A DNA stretch of 64,000 nt from a virus. Position 1 is the first letter of the stretch. Every line of letters starts with the position of its first letter. The notes beneath the pieces were generated by a model. The model did no database searches. It saw nothing but the letters and a program-made list of their open reading frames with translations, and was not told the DNA's origin. Of the stretch, positions 63,515 through 64,000 are shown in pieces. The stretch spans positions 114,625 through 178,624 of IMG/VR virus record IMGVR_UViG_3300045988_060496; one strand, written 5' to 3'. A program made the translations under genes and the position numbers.

Positions 63515-64000
63515 CTATGATATAAAAGAAATTAGTGTTGAAGTACTTGATTTAGACAATACCATAAAAGAAAAAACTTACTATAGTTTTATCTAGGTAT
63601 TATTAAATGGACAGCCTAATTACAAAGATTGTGTAAAAGCTATAGTTAGAAGATTCCTTACAGTCGATGAAGAATTTGATTTAATCAATTCATATAATAG
63701 CTATTCAGAAAATCTTACTTCTGATTCTGAAGTTATTAATGAATATAAGGAATATCTTAACATATTAAAATAGATAAAAGCTAAAGTCAAGGAAGATTTT
63801 GCTAAATTATGATATATAGAAATGGTAAGTTAATATTACAGGTCCAAAAAGATATTCTAGAACTTGTAGAACAAGTTTAGCAAAGAGTACAAAAGAACAT
63901 TGGAGCTATATATAAAGGGTCGTAGTTAGTCTGGCTTACCGTATACGATGCTGTTAGAAGCTGTTTTGGTAGCGGAACTTGGCTACAAGACAGACCTTGG

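Noticed and set aside
1-64000. CRISPR arrays, integrase/attachment sites, IS elements
   Set aside because: No regularly spaced direct repeats, no tyrosine or serine recombinase motifs, and no terminal inverted repeats with transposase ORFs were seen. The only substantial repeats are the DGR TR/VR copies and tRNA-related fragments.

Overview
This window looks like a ~64 kb segment of a large, AT-rich tailed phage genome, with a crAss-like (Crassvirales-like) layout that I could not confirm without tools. Positions 1-43316 are densely packed minus-strand early/replication/auxiliary genes in the standard genetic code: a partial DnaB-like helicase, an SF2 helicase, RNase H, two HNH endonucleases, an AAA+ ATPase, a PRPP-synthetase-like gene next to a NAMPT-family gene, flotillin/NfeD/SPFH membrane proteins, an OmpA-like protein, a glucosaminidase and a radical-SAM protein. 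A minus-strand array of at least 23 tRNA genes is interleaved with them, together with a ~560-nt RNA whose ends match a tmRNA tRNA-like domain. From ~43.3 kb onward the genes are mostly plus-strand. The ORF track collapses there because the late/structural genes are full of in-frame TAG codons: a ~787-aa large terminase, a portal-like protein, tail-fibre-like proteins and a reverse transcriptase stay open if only TAA and TGA are read as stops. Two tRNAs with a CUA (amber-suppressor) anticodon sit at the boundary between the modules. One, on the plus strand, is clearly derived from the phage's own tRNA-Gln, which implies TAG is read as Gln (translation table 15-like). The 3' end of the window holds a complete diversity-generating retroelement. 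It has a recoded RT, a template repeat, a variable repeat at the C-terminus of a tail-fibre/receptor-binding gene, and a second remote variable repeat in a small minus-strand gene ~27 kb away, with mismatches almost exclusively at template adenines. A few small TAG-containing genes are also scattered on the minus strand. Coordinates of the recoded genes come from manual frame tracing and may be off by a codon or so.
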